Origin: Mobula birostris
Lineage: Eukaryota
NCBI RefSeq assembly: GCF_030028105.1
Contig: NC_092379.1
Span: 52,623,821 to 52,687,820 of the forward strand
Direction of reading: 5' to 3'
DNA length: 64,000 nucleotides
Under the pieces are notes generated by a model that was given only the letters and a program-made list of their open reading frames with translations, searched no databases and had not been told where the DNA came from. Positions 1-11,894 of this stretch are shown piece after piece. The stretch's first letter is position 1. Every line of letters begins with the position of its first letter. The translations under genes were made by a program, and so were the position numbers.

Positions 1-868
1 TATACCCATGACTGTGTCGCCACCCACAGCTCCAATCTGCTGATTAAATTTGCCAACGACATTACAGTGATTTGTCTAATCTCAAATAATAATGAGGCAG
101 CCTACCGAGAAGAAGTCATCACCTGACACAGTGGCGTCAAGAAAACAACCTCACTGTCACAAAAACAAAGGAGCTGGTTGTGGACTACAGGAGAAATGGA
201 GACAGTCTCACCCCTATTGACATCAATGGATCTGGGGTTGAGAGGGTAAACAGCTTTAAGTTCCTCGGCATCCACAGCATTGAGGATCTCACGTGGTCTG
301 TGCATACTGGCCGTGTGGTGAAAAAGGCACAACAGCGCCTCTTTCACCTCAGACAGTTGAGGAAGTTTGGTATGGGCCCCCAAATCCTAAAAACTTTCTA
401 CAGGGGCACAACTGAGAGCATCCTGACTGGCTGCATCACTGCCTGGTATGGGAACTGTACCTCCCTCAATCACAAGACTCTGCAGAGAGTGGTGTGGACA
501 GCCCAGCGCATCTGGAGATGTGAACTTCCCATGATTCAGGACATTTACAAAGACAGGTGTGTAAAAAGGGCCCGAAGGATCATTGGGGACCTGAGTCACC
601 CCAACCACAAACTGTTCCAGCTACTACCCTCTGAGAAACTGTACCGCAGCATAAAAGCCAGGACCAACAGGCTCCGGGACAGCTTCTTCCACCAGGCCAT
701 CAGACTAATTCACACTGATACAATTGTATTTCCATGTTATATTGACTATCCTGTTGTACATACTATTTATTTTAAATTACTATAAAATGCACATTGCTCC
801 CGAAGACAGACGTAAAGATTTTTACTCATGTATATGAAGGATGTAAGTAATAAAGTCAATTCAATTTA
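1..868 (+). mobile_element. Rex1/Babar-type non-LTR retrotransposon, 3' part (RT C-terminus and tail)
   Basis: The frame at position 1 reads YTHDCVATHSSNLLIKFAND (KFADD-like). ORF 180..785 has VERVNSFKFLG, KKAQQRLFHLRQLRKF, ESILTGCITAWYG and RLRDSFFHQAIRL. It ends in aataaagtcaattcaatt. Confidence 0.9.
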
Positions 869-974
869 GAATTTATTTTATTCCTACATCCATTCCACAA
901 TGTGAGGGAGTAAAAAAACTCTAATGGCTTGTAGAAAGAAGCTGTCCTGTAGCTTGTTGGTTCTGCTATTTGTG

Positions 975-2990
975 AGGATATCTCCAGGCTGGTTCACCAC
1001 TGCACTGAACACGTGTCCCAGATCTCCTTGCTACAATTTGTGTACTAACTATTTACATCAAGGGTTCCCAACCTGTTTTGCCATGGACTCCTACCATTAA
1101 CTGAGGGGTCCATGAACCTCAGGGTGGGAACCCCTGATTTGATGCTGTCTAGTATCTCCAAAGACTGAAGAAATTCAAATGCTGCTGAACTAACGTTCAC
1201 AACAGAACTGCTGTGTTCTCGTGTCTGATATTGCCTTACTCAAATCAGTTGTCTTTTCTACCCCGACTAAAATGTCGATGGGTGAAGGACAGCACTTCAG
1301 ATGAGAGTTTTAGCCTCTGGTGGGCCCTGACATCACACTGTTACAGTGAGTCTCCACACAAAATATCAAATTCTCATCTTCTCTCTCGTCATAGTTTAGG
1401 CATCTGGGCTCAGCATCAAAATCCCTGCCTCCCTACCGGTCTGTAACATAGTGGGTCAAGCAGTTGTCATTTGGCTCAGCGTATCTCTGTTCATTTCTAG
1501 AGCTAAACAGTTCTGGGCTTTCTCACTGCCCTACCAGGAGCACATAGTATTTATGTGGCTGCTCTTGGAGCCTTTCTGATCACTATGACCCCGAGGTGAT
1601 TGACAATGGTGAACTCAGTCATGGTAACGCCAAGCGAAGGTGATCAGACTTTCTCATTGGAGATTATTAAGCTGAGCAACTCTGTGGTCTGAATGCTACA
1701 GGTCACTTGTTACCCAAGACAGATGTATCCGTTATTATTGTACACTCAGACAGAATAGAGGGAACAATGGCCCCGCTTGGTAGTTGAGTCCAGAACCAGA
1801 TAACGTTCAACAAAGATGATCTGCTAAAGAACTAAAAGTGACAAAATAAATGTATTTTTCCCATACAGCTCTAATTGACATTTTAATTCGCTGCAGGTCA
1901 GACCCGGTTCTTTCTTTTAGTCCCCAGTCTCAACTATTCCCGTTATCTACTGAGATATGGACATCAGCAGGGTCTGGATATCAGACCTGATCTCAGTGTT
2001 CCACTTTGATTGGTAGAAACTTGCTTATCTACTTGTCTGAAAGTTACACAATAAATTCATCATGTGAGATAAACTTGGATCTTGATATCTGGTCCGAGAC
2101 CAAAATCCTTAGATTTTGATAGCAAGGTATCAGCTGGAGACCCACTGCAGCCATTCCTTCCGCTTGCCATTCCACTCATGCCCTGCAGACTGGCGTGCAA
2201 AGCTGTGGTCAAGTCTGCTCCTGTACCCACATTCCAACACGAACCAAGAACTAGGCTGTTCATGACAGTCCCAGCGATACACATGCGCCCCAAAAACTGC
2301 GCGGGCACTGTTACTCAGCAGCAGAAAATTCCCCAGGGCTTTCTGCAAATTGTGGGGCAGCACAATTTGGTAAATGGGTGTTCGGAGCTTGGAGTAATTC
2401 TCCCTCATTCCAGATGACCCACCCCTACCTGCTGCCAATCGTCCGGAGATCTTTGCCCACTGAATGCATTGGCACCTTTCGGTACAACTTTGGACTCCTG
2501 GCACCTGCAAATTCCATTCACTGTGACAGCCAATTCTGATGCTCGGGGGTTTCTGGGTAAGAACAGTCCCATTGAAAGTGTTTACATGCACACCACCTCC
2601 TACCAAATGCCAGTCAATATTTTTATAAGAACCCAGCGTGCAGTTTAACACAGCAAGCGCCCACATGCAACATACTCAATATCAACAGTCAATGAAACTT
2701 TTTTCCTCTCAATCAGCCTCCAAATGTCGAAACTCTGTCATTCGTTGCCACAACCAGCCCCACCCCCTCCCCACTCTGATTCCCTGTTCCTCATCTTATG
2801 CTCTTACCCCTACCACTGTGCACTGCCCCAAACCCTGCCCTGTGCTGACCTGGCTGCATTAAACATCCAGCTAATGGTTCCCCATTGTGCGTCAGACTTC
2901 AGAGGACTGTGGCAAATCGTAACAACCAGCTGTGGGAGACGCCGGCCTGTGGAAGCAGTGAAAATGACCCGTATTGTTTAAAAAAGCCGG
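975..2990 (-). pseudogene. ZNF cassette U0 remnant: exon-2 leader, intron 1 and decayed promoter; finger array not in the window
   Basis: 975-1380 aligns by eye to the leader/acceptor region of U6 (55790-56130). The fossil LINE block is at 1585-1730, the donor GCAG|GTAGG is at 2428/2429, and the NRF1 site has decayed to atgcattggc (2464-2473). Confidence 0.75.
1059..1136. mobile_element. Short hAT/Charlie-like MITE
   Basis: Imperfect TIRs caagggttcccaacc ... gggtgggaacccctg; the 8-bp flanks match only partly (atttacat/atttgatg). Confidence 0.6.
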
Positions 2991-3143
2991 GAATATGGGG
3001 GTTAATAACCAATGTCGTTCTCCCTCAGCCCAGATATTTGAGGGACGAAGAACATGTCAGACGTAACTGCAGAGAGCTCATCTTCATCAGTCTGCAGAAA
3101 ACTCAAGGGACACCTCTTCACTCACAAACTGGTGACTATCTCA

Positions 3144-3396
3144 TAGTCATAGTCATAGCAGGGGAAATTGGTTTTGATTACAGTTGCACCATAAATAATT
3201 AAATAGTAATAAAACCATAACTAATTAAATAGAAATATGTAAATTATGCCAGGAAATAAGCCCAGGACCAGCCTGTTGGCTCAGGGTGTCTGACTCTCCA
3301 AGGGAGGAGTTGTAAAGTTTGATGGCCACAGGCAGGAATGACTTCCTATGACGCTCTGTGTTGCATCTCGGTGGAACGAGTCTCTGGCTGAATGTG
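3144..3396 (-). mobile_element. 5'-truncated Rex1-type 3' end
   Basis: 19-bp TSD caaactggtgactatctca (3125-3143, 3397-3415), a (tagtca)n tail, and a body similar to 60895-61140. Confidence 0.85.
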
Positions 3397-3567
3397 CAAA
3401 CTGGTGACTATCTCACCAGAGGGAAAGGGACAGGAGAACATCAGGAATGGATTAGAAGGACAGTCGTGGAACAGAAACAAGGGCAGAGCCCAGATGCGTG
3501 AGTTCACTCTCTACTGTGTACCGGGTGTGGTGGAGATTCGCTGAGACAGAGTTTCAAATAGAACTGA

Positions 3568-3573
3568 TTTATT
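3568..3573 (-). terminator. Poly(A) signal of U1 within the conserved 3' module
   Basis: AATAAA on the minus strand about 100 nt past the stop. The same context recurs at 16081, 18222, 21711, 54392 (ATTAAA) and 59303. Confidence 0.7.
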
Positions 3574-3676
3574 TGTCAAAATCACAATGTTAAACTCCAG
3601 TAACAGTGAACAATAGCTGAAGAAACTCCTCTCTTGCCCAGCGACCAGATCTGGGTGGGATGGGAAGCAGCAATCA

Positions 3677-5137
3677 TTACAGTCTGACACAGTCACTTTT
3701 GATCGCCTCTGAATTCAGCAGCCATGATGGTTCATTATCCAGCATCCTGCTCACCGAAACACTTTCTCCAGGTTGAACTCGCCAGTGCTTCACAAGGTGG
3801 GAGAGCTGAGTGCATTCCTTCCCACATTCAGTGCAGATGAATGGGCTCTCCCCAGTGTGAACTTGCTGGTGTGTCTGCAGCTGAGATGAGTGAGTAAATC
3901 CCTTCCCACAGTCTGAGCAGGTGAACGGCATTGCCCAGGTGTGAACTAACTGGTGTGCCATTAGGTCAGTTGACCGAGTGAATCCCTTCCCACAGACTGA
4001 GCAGGTGAACGGCCTCTCCCCAGTGTGAACTGACTGGTGTGCCTGTAGGTGGGACGACCGAGTGAATCCCTTCCCACATTCAGAGCAAATGAATGGCCTT
4101 TCCCCAGTGTGAACTGACTGGTGTGTCTGTAGGTGAGACGACCGAGTGAATTGTTTCCCACACTCTGAGCAGGTGAACGGCCTCTCCCCAGTGTGAACTC
4201 TCTGATGTACCTTCAGTTGAGATGACTGAGTAAATCCCTTCCCACAGTCTGAGCAGGTGAATGGCCTCTCCCCAGTGTGAACTGACTGGTGTGTCTGCAG
4301 GTGGGATGACTGAGTGAAACCCTTCCCACATTCAGTGCAGATGTACGGCCTCTCCCCAGTGTGAACTCGCTGGTGTGTCAACAGATCTGATGACCGAGTA
4401 AATCTCTTCCCACAAACGGAACAGATAAATGGTCTCTCCCCAGTGTGAACTCGCTGGTGTCTCTGCAGGTGAGATGGGTGGGTAAATGCCTTCCCACACT
4501 CTAAGCAGGTGAACGGCCTCTCCCCAGTGTGAACTCGCTGATGTATCTTCAGTTGAGATGACTGAGTGAATCCCTTCCCACAGTCTGAGCAGGTGAATGG
4601 TCTCTCCCCAGTGTGAACTCGCTGGTGTGTCAGCAGATCAGATGACCGAGTGAATCCCTTCCCACAATCAGAGCAGACGTATGGCCTCTCACCAGTGTGA
4701 AATCGCACGTGTGTCAGCAGATCAGATGACCGAGTGAAGCTCTTCCCACAGACAGAACAGATAAATGGCCTCTCCCCAGTGTGAACTCGCAGGTGTGCCT
4801 GTAGGTGAGATGGGTGGGTAAATGCCTTCCCACAGTCTGAGCAGGAGAACGGTCTCTCTCCAGTGTGAACTCGCTGATGTCTCTGTAGGTGAGCTGCCTG
4901 AGTGAATCCCTTCCCACACTCAGAGCAGGTGAATGGTCTCTCCCCAGTGTGAACTAACTTGTGTGTCTGAAGGTAAGATGACCGGGTGAATCCCTTCCCA
5001 CATTCAGAGCAAATGTACGGTCTCTCCCCAGTGTGAACTCGCTGGTGTCTCTGCAGTTCAGAAAAACGAATATATGCTCTCCCACAGTCTGAGCAGGTGA
5101 ATGGCCTCTCCTCAGAGTGAACTCGCTGGTGTCTCAT
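3677..5137 (-). CDS. Tandem C2H2 zinc-finger protein U1 (486 aa; 15 intact fingers and 1 degenerate; no N-terminal effector domain)
   Basis: Uninterrupted CxxC-x12-HxxxH repeats with TGERP linkers. The acceptor (5601), donor (7724) and CpG promoter are intact. Confidence 0.93.
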   Translation of the reverse strand: MRHQRVHSEERPFTCSDCGRAYIRFSELQRHQRVHTGERPYICSECGKGFTRSSYLQTHKLVHTGERPFTCSECGKGFTQAAHLQRHQRVHTGERPFSCSDCGKAFTHPSHLQAHLRVHTGERPFICSVCGKSFTRSSDLLTHVRFHTGERPYVCSDCGKGFTRSSDLLTHQRVHTGERPFTCSDCGKGFTQSSQLKIHQRVHTGERPFTCLECGKAFTHPSHLQRHQRVHTGERPFICSVCGKRFTRSSDLLTHQRVHTGERPYICTECGKGFTQSSHLQTHQSVHTGERPFTCSDCGKGFTQSSQLKVHQRVHTGERPFTCSECGKQFTRSSHLQTHQSVHTGERPFICSECGKGFTRSSHLQAHQSVHTGERPFTCSVCGKGFTRSTDLMAHQLVHTWAMPFTCSDCGKGFTHSSQLQTHQQVHTGESPFICTECGKECTQLSHLVKHWRVQPGESVSVSRMLDNEPSWLLNSEAIKSDCVRL

Positions 5138-5600
5138 TGCCCAGGATGAATTCGTAAATCCCTCCCACTCTCAGAGCAGGTGAATTGCCTCTCCACAATC
5201 TAAACTCACTGGTGTGTTGGTGAGTGGGCTGAGTGAGTGAATCCTTTCCCTCAGAGAGCTGACGAATGATATCTGCCTGCTGTCAGTTCTCTGGGGTGTT
5301 CACCAAGTCAGATGACAGACGTAGTGAATTCCTCGCATGATCAATGCAGATGAAGAACTGATCTCTGGTGAGCAAATGCCGGGTGATCTCAGCACCCCGG
5401 TTCCAGTGGCTTTCACTGAATTAAAATGGAAAACTTCACATTAAGATAAATCACTTTTTCATCTCCGAGGATCGACAATGAAAGTTTTGGTGTTGCAAAG
5501 AAAATGTCTGCTCACTCCTTAAATGTCTGGTCAAGCACAGCAGAACTGACGTGTTGTTGTGTTTGAGATTCCGGCACACAAATCCTTTGCTGTTTCCAAC

Positions 5601-5632
5601 CTGTAAAAAGATTTACAAAAGACATCAGTGGG
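5601..5632 (-). promoter_or_regulatory. 3' splice acceptor and branch point of U1 intron 1
   Basis: The minus strand reads cactgatgtcttttgtaaatctttttacAG|gttgg. Homologous acceptors lie at 19803, 40372 and 55999. Confidence 0.8.
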
Positions 5633-5689
5633 TGAAGGACAGCTTTTGAGATGAGGTAATTTCACTGTCCCTCTTAGCCTTTGAGGAAT

Positions 5690-5897
5690 TGCTTTGACCA
5701 CTTAATTGCTTTTTAGGAGCCATTTTTACACAGAAACAAAGGGTGCACACAACACAAGGAGCGAACGAGCGAGACGCGAGGTGAACAACGAGTGCTGGGG
5801 AGAGACTTCTAGCATTTTTTTTTTCAAATGCAGCATTTTCGATCTGCGGTTGGTCAAATCTGTGGATTCGGAATCTGCGGATACGGAGGGCCGACTG
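5690..5897. mobile_element. Tigger-like (Tc1/mariner) DNA transposon end
   Basis: Terminal gatacggagggccgactg followed by TA, resembling Tigger TIRs. The left boundary is approximate. Confidence 0.55.
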
Positions 5898-6109
5898 TAC
5901 TCTGATCTCTCACCATTCTGGTGACTGACGGTGAAGAACTCATCGGTGTCAAAGCCAATGAATGTGAAGGGGAGGGTATTGGTCTTTCTCACTGGAGATG
6001 GTAAACACTTTTGTGATGTGAAAGCTGCAGGTCACTGGTTACCCAGGATAAAGGTGTTTGATGTCACTATGCAGCCAGAGAGGGGAATGGTGAAAAGGAA
6101 GTTTTCATG

Positions 6110-7190
6110 GGGACTGGCATGGACGGAAGACTGGCTGATTGGCAGGAGGTAAAGATTGGGAATAAAGAGAGCCATTTCTGGTTGGCTGTCAGTGACTGGT
6201 GGTGATCTGCTGGGGTCAGTCTTAATGCTGCTTCTTTTCACGTTATATGTCAATGATTTGGATGAAGGAATTGATGGCTTTTTCTGCCATGTTTGCAGCC
6301 AACACAAAGGTAGGTGGAGGGGGTCGGTAGGGTTCAGATAGCAAGGAGTCTGCAGAAAGACTTTGGCAGATGGGCAAGGAAGTGGCAGATGGAATATATT
6401 GTCGGGAAATGTAATGTTCGGCACCTTGTAGAAGGAATAAAGGGGTGGACCATTTTCTAAAACTGGGAGAACATTTAAAAAAAATCAGAGTTACAAGAGG
6501 ACTTGAGAATCCTCGTGCAGGATTCCCAAAAGGTTAATTTGCAGGTTGAACCAGTGGAGAGGAAGACAAATGTAAAAACTAGCACCCATTTTTGGAGTAC
6601 TGGAATATAAATCAAAAATATAAAGTTTAGTGCCTTTATAAAGCATTGGTCAGAGCACCCGGAGTATTGTGAGTAGCTTTGGGTCCCTTGTCCAGGAAAA
6701 GATGTGCTGGCCTTGGAGAGTGCCAGAGGAGGTTCACGAGAATCATTCCAGGAATGAAAGAGTTAATATATGAGGATCATTTCATCACTCTGGGCCTGTA
6801 CACGCTGGCGTTCAGAAGAATGAGGGGGATCTCACTGAAACCTATCGACTATTAAACAATATTAAATATCTAGATAGCGTGGATGTGGAGAGTATGTTAT
6901 CTATATGGAGGTAGTCTGGCACCAGAGGGTACAGACTCAAAATAGAGGGGCGTCCGTTTAGAACAGAGCTGAGTTTCTTTAGCCAGCGAGTAGTGAATGT
7001 GTGGAATCCATTGCCACAGATGGCTGTGGAGGCCAAATCACTGGGTACATTTAAAACAGAGGCTGATATGTTCTTGGTTAGTCAGGGCATCAAAGTTTAC
7101 AGGGAGAAGGCAGGGGAATGGGATTGAGGGCGATAATCAATTAGCCATGATGGAATTTCCGAGCCGAGTGGCCTATGTCTAATGGTGTTG
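6110..7190 (+). mobile_element. CR1 LINE 3' fragment, decayed
   Basis: RT motifs GSVL..LLF.LYVNDLDEGI and the CR1 3' region (ggttcacgagaat..ccaggaatgaaag; tgtggaggccaa). Confidence 0.85.
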
Positions 7191-7399
7191 TGTTCTTAAG
7201 GGTAAAAAGACCCAGAACAACAGGCGGAAGAACAAAGGTGATTTTCTAAAGAACTAAAACTGGCGTAACGATTCTCTCTTTTTGCTCTGTCACAGTAACT
7301 CACATTTTCAGTGACTAAAACGGACTTCAGCTGCGATTAACCCGGAACTCTATTTTTGTTCCGAGTTGGATTTATCTCGCCAGAGCTCGGCAGAGTCCG

Positions 7400-7900
7400 T
7401 TCCCATCCCCTCCGCCAGCGCTTCCTGAGACTGGCGGGGAAAGCGCTGGAAGTGTCACGCGTGTCCGCGACACGTCAACAACGAGATGCCGGTCTGTCAC
7501 GGTCCCAGCAGCGCGCATGCGTCGCTGAAATGGCGCCAGCACCTTCGCTCATCAGGCCAAAATTCCCCGGGGCCCGGGTGCGGCGCATGGGGGTGAGGAA
7601 GGGGAAACAACCGGGACTACCCGAGGTGCGGAGCCGCGGTATGTCCACAGCTCGCAGCAATTGTCCCTCAATCGGGGTTGCGGGCCCCCTGATATAAGAC
7701 ACCCACCCAGAGACCAGCTCCTACCTGCCACCGATCAGTCAGACCCTTGTGTCCACGCGACGCATGCGCGATTTCCCGGAAAACCGGAAATCTTCACGCC
7801 TGCGCATTTGATCGGTGGGTTACCATAGGCGAATTCTGACGCGCGGAGATCTCTGGGTAGACAAGGCACCATTCAAAGACGAGGAAAGCGCCGATTTCCC
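7400..7900 (-). promoter_or_regulatory. CpG-island promoter and exon 1 of U1
   Basis: CpG-rich. NRF1-type sites at 7760-7769 and 7797-7806, paired ETS-like ccggaa at about 7777-7790, donor GCAG|GTAGG at 7724/7725, and a second NRF1+YY1 (aaatggcg) pair at 7511-7536. Confidence 0.8.
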
Positions 7901-8044
7901 CCTGCTTCATGCTTCAAAACTAGTCATTGTCTTTATGTGGAATACTCAGCAGCTACTTTAATGCAGCATGCTCACACAAACAATATACTCAATATCAACA
8001 AACATTCCGTGTGTCAAAAGTCAAAGTCCAACCCACTTACAAAT

Positions 8045-8275
8045 GCAGATATAAAACACAAAGACAGTCTGTAGTCGCTGGAAATATAGAACATCATACA
8101 CAAATTGCTGGAGGAACTCAGCAGGTCAGGCTGCATGTACGCGGAGGAATAAACAGTTGGGGCTTCATGCCAAAGCCCTTCATCAGTCACCAGCATGGTG
8201 AAGAGTCTCAACCTGAAGTGTCAACTGCCCATTCTTTCCATAGGTACTGCCTGACTTGCTAAATTCATCCAGCGA
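8045..8275. mobile_element. Two Penelope-type tails in inverted arrangement
   Basis: The left half, tgctggaggaactcagcaggtcaggc...cccttcatcag, is the reverse complement of the tail type in the right half, gaagagtctcaacctgaa...tgcctgacttgct. Confidence 0.6.
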
Positions 8276-8569
8276 TTAGTTTTTAGTCAATCAGGTTCCA
8301 AATGTTGCTGATCTGCCATTTGTAGCTACGTCCTCCTGGTCTGATTCTCTCCATAGACATCCCACCACCAATTTCTGGATTCTCTAAGTCCTTCTCAGTA
8401 CTGGCTCCTCTTTAGATTCTGACCCTGTTCCATCGAACTCTTATACTTTATTATATACTCTCAGACTTCACTGCAACAACCCAGCTGCGTGAGGCACAAC
8501 CATTTGACATTGGTGAAAACGACCCATAATGTTGAAAGAACAGGGAAGAATTTAACACCCATGGCATGA

Positions 8570-9785
8570 TTTCCTAACGGATAAGTTGCAGCTTGAGTCT
8601 GTGGTAAAGAAGAAAATTGAAATGTTAGCTTTCATTTCAAGAGGGCTAGAATACAAAGTCAGGGATATAATGCTGAGTCTTTATAAGACATTGGTTAGAT
8701 CACACTTGGAATATTGTCAGCAGTTTTGGGCCTCTTATCTAAGAAACGATGTTTTATTATTAGATTATGAAGACACGCAGTCCTCTTCTATTGTCATTTA
8801 GTAATGCATACATTAAGAAATGATACAATATTTCCTCCACTGTGACATCACAAAACACAGGACAGACCAAGACTGAAAAAAAACTAACAAAACCACATAA
8901 TTATAACATATAGTTACAACAGCGCAACAATACCATAACTTGATGAAGAAATCCATGAGCACAGTAAAAAGTTCAAAGTCTCTCAAATGTCCCACATCTC
9001 ACGCAGACGGGGGAAGGAAGAAAACTCTCCCTGCCATGCCTGACCACAGTCCAACTCTGAGTCATCCGAAAACCTCGAACTCTGATCAGCTTTCCGACAC
9101 CGAGTACTGAGCGCCATCTCTATCCAAACGATTCGACCTCCATCTCGGTTGCCAATAGCAGGCAAAGCCAGGGATTTTGAGGCCTTCCCTCCGAAAGATT
9201 CCCGATCACTCAGTAACAACAGCAGTGAACTGGCGTTTCAGAAATCTTTCCAGATGTTCCTCTGTGCTTTCACATCCATCTCCATCAAATCAGAATTGTC
9301 CACGGCCCTATTCAACAGATGCAATATCATTTTTCACTAGAGGGCTGCGCACTCGCGGCGCGCTGCTCTCTCTTCCCCCACCATTGTGGGATGTGTTAGC
9401 ATTAGTGAAGGTCCAGAGGAGGATTGCAGGGATGATTCCAGGAATGAAAGCGTTATGGAACAAGGAATGTTCGATGGCTCTGCAAATATCTTTGCTGGAG
9501 TTTAGAGAATGAGGGCAGATCTCATTGAACCCATCGAACATTGAAGGCCTGGATAGAGTGGATGTGCAAAAAGATGTTTCCTGTGTTTTGGGAGTCTAGG
9601 CCAGAGGACACAGCCTCAGAACAGAGGGACATCCATTAAGAACAAAACCGAGAAGGAATTTCTTTACCCAGAAAGCGGTGAACCTGTGGAATTTGTTGCT
9701 ACAGACGGTTGTGGAGGCCAAGTCACCGGATATATTTCAAGCGGAGTTTGACAGGTTCTTGATTAGTCAGGGCATCTAAGCTTAC
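8570..9785 (+). mobile_element. CR1 LINE 3' fragment interrupted by an insertion at 8753-9389
   Basis: LYKTLVRSHLEYCQQFWASYLR continues after the insert as LVKVQRRIAGMIPGMK. Confidence 0.85.
8753..9389 (-). mobile_element. Non-autonomous retroposon with Rex1-like 3' tail (copy 1)
   Basis: TSD gatgt and a (taatc)n tail. A second copy is at 25216-25823. Confidence 0.75.
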
Positions 9786-9959
9786 TGCCAGGCCTGATCC
9801 TGCTGACACCTCCCAGCCTGCATAAGCAAGCACCTCCCAGTCTACACCCAGTAAGATTCATCCACAGCTCGTTCCAGACTCATCTCCTGCAGCCTATTTC
9901 ACCCCAGTCTCATCCACAATCCCTGATCACGCATCAAACCGGCCACCTCAGCCGAATGG

Positions 9960-11695
9960 GAGAGTGGGAGGAGAGTGGAAGGGTGCATGAAGAGGGAGAG
10001 TGAGAGGGGTAGAGCACGACGGGGATTGGGGTAGAATGAGAGAGCGAGTGTGGGGTAGAGGGGAAGAGCGAGAAGGGGTGAGAGTGAGAGATGGTGAGAG
10101 GGAGAGTGGGAGGAGGATCAAGTAGGTGAGAGGGAGATTCAGAGTAAGAGGGGAGGTGGGTTGAGAGGAGGAGGGAAGGGGCAGTTTAGGGAGAGTGGGG
10201 GAGATCGAGTAGGTGAGGATTTATTCAGGGCAAGAGCGAGAAGGGGTGAGAGTGAGAGATGGTGAGAGGGAGAGTGGGAGGAGGTCGAGTGGGTGAGAGG
10301 GAGATTCAGAGTAAGAGGGGAGGTGGGTTGAGAGCAGGAGGAGGAGGAGAAGAGCAGTTTAGGGAGAGTGGGGGAGATCAAGTAGGTGAGGATTTATTCA
10401 GGGCGAGAGCGGGAGGGAGAGTAACAGGATTGTGGGAAGTGGGGGAGGGGGAGTGAGAGGTGGTGGGGCAGATCAAGAGGGGGAGTGGGGGAAAAGAGGG
10501 GGGAGAGCGTAGGGAATGAATTGAAGAGAAGAGGTTGAGCGAGAAGAGGTGTTGGGCCAGTGATAGTGACAGCAAGAGTGGGAGTAGGGGAAATTGTGCA
10601 AAGGGAAGGGAATGGTGATGGAGGGGAGATGGGAGGGTGGAGTATGAGAGGAGTGGAGATGCTGGGGGTTGTAGGAGAAGGTGTGGGGAGGGAAAAGTGA
10701 TGCAGGGAAGACAGTGAGGGTGGAGGGGGAAGGGAGAGTGTCCTTGATGGGGGGGAAAGAGGTGACGGGGTGGGGTGGGGAGAAAGTAGAGGGAGGGGTT
10801 GGGTGTGTTAGGGTATGAGAAGGTTGGAGCGGGGAGTGAGCGTGGGGAGGAGGAGGGATGGGGAGGCTAGGCGAGATGATGAAATGAAAAAGGACAGGGA
10901 AACAGGAGAGGGGAGGGTTGGGGAAAGTGGAGGGGGAGAAGTATGGATAGGGAAGGAAGAAGTGGGAATATTGGGTCAGGAAGGGAGGTTGAAGGTTAGC
11001 TAGATGGTAGAGGGAGGGGTGAGAGAGTGGCAGGAGATAAGAGGGGGAGGGAGAAGGTGTGAGGATGGGGAAATGGAAGGAAGAGGAGAGGATATGGTAG
11101 AATCTGGGGATAGATAGTTTACACGAGGGGAGAGGAGGTGGGAAGAGGTGAGTGAGTGGGAGGGGGAGGATGGGGAAAGTAAATATAGGAGAGGGGGAAG
11201 TGTGCAGACAGTGGATAGGTGGAGGGTGAAGGGGAGAGGTTAAAGGGAGGGCAGATGGCGGAGGAGAGAGAATGCAGGTTAGATAGATGGTGGGAGAGGA
11301 GGGGGAGATGATGGATCGTGGAGGGACAGTGGGAGAGAGATAGGTAGAGTCTGGGGAAACAGTAATAGGAGGGGAAGGGATGGTGGAGACATGAGACTGG
11401 AGGGGTGTGGAAAGGTGATGGGGTTTTTGAGGGTAGGGGAGATAATGGGAGTGACGGGAGTGGGTGAGGGGAAGATTAGAGACAGTAGAGGGGGGAGTGT
11501 GTGAGGGTAATGGAGATGGGAAGGGTTGGGGAGAAGTTAGGAGTGATGATGGAGGGGTTGTGTAGCAAAGTTGCAGAAGGAGAGAGTTGGGAAAGGTGGC
11601 TGGCAGGAGGTGGGTGAGATGGAGATTGTGAGTGGGGAGATGGACAAAGGGAGAGGTGGGTGAGATGAAGATTGTGGGTGGGCAGATGGACAAGT
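9960..11695 (+). repeat. Purine(G/A)-rich low-complexity tract with an internal tandem duplication of about 170 bp
   Basis: Almost no C on the plus strand; about 10064-10233 is repeated at about 10234-10410. Confidence 0.9.
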
Positions 11696-11894
11696 TAGCC
11701 TGACTTCAGTGGTTGGGAAGATTTTGGAGTCGTTATTAAGAATGAGGTTTCGGGGTACTTGGAGACATGTGATAAAATAGGCCAAAATCAGCATGGTTTC
11801 CTTGAGAGGAAATCTTGCCTGACAAATCTGTTGGAAGTCTCTGAGGAAATAACAAACAGGAGAGATGAAGGAGAGTCAGTGGATATTGTTTACT

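Noticed and set aside
180-785. Host protein-coding gene (201-aa ORF)
   Set aside because: It is the C-terminal region of a Rex1-type RT, and related fragments recur at 26504, 34380, 40915 and 59605.
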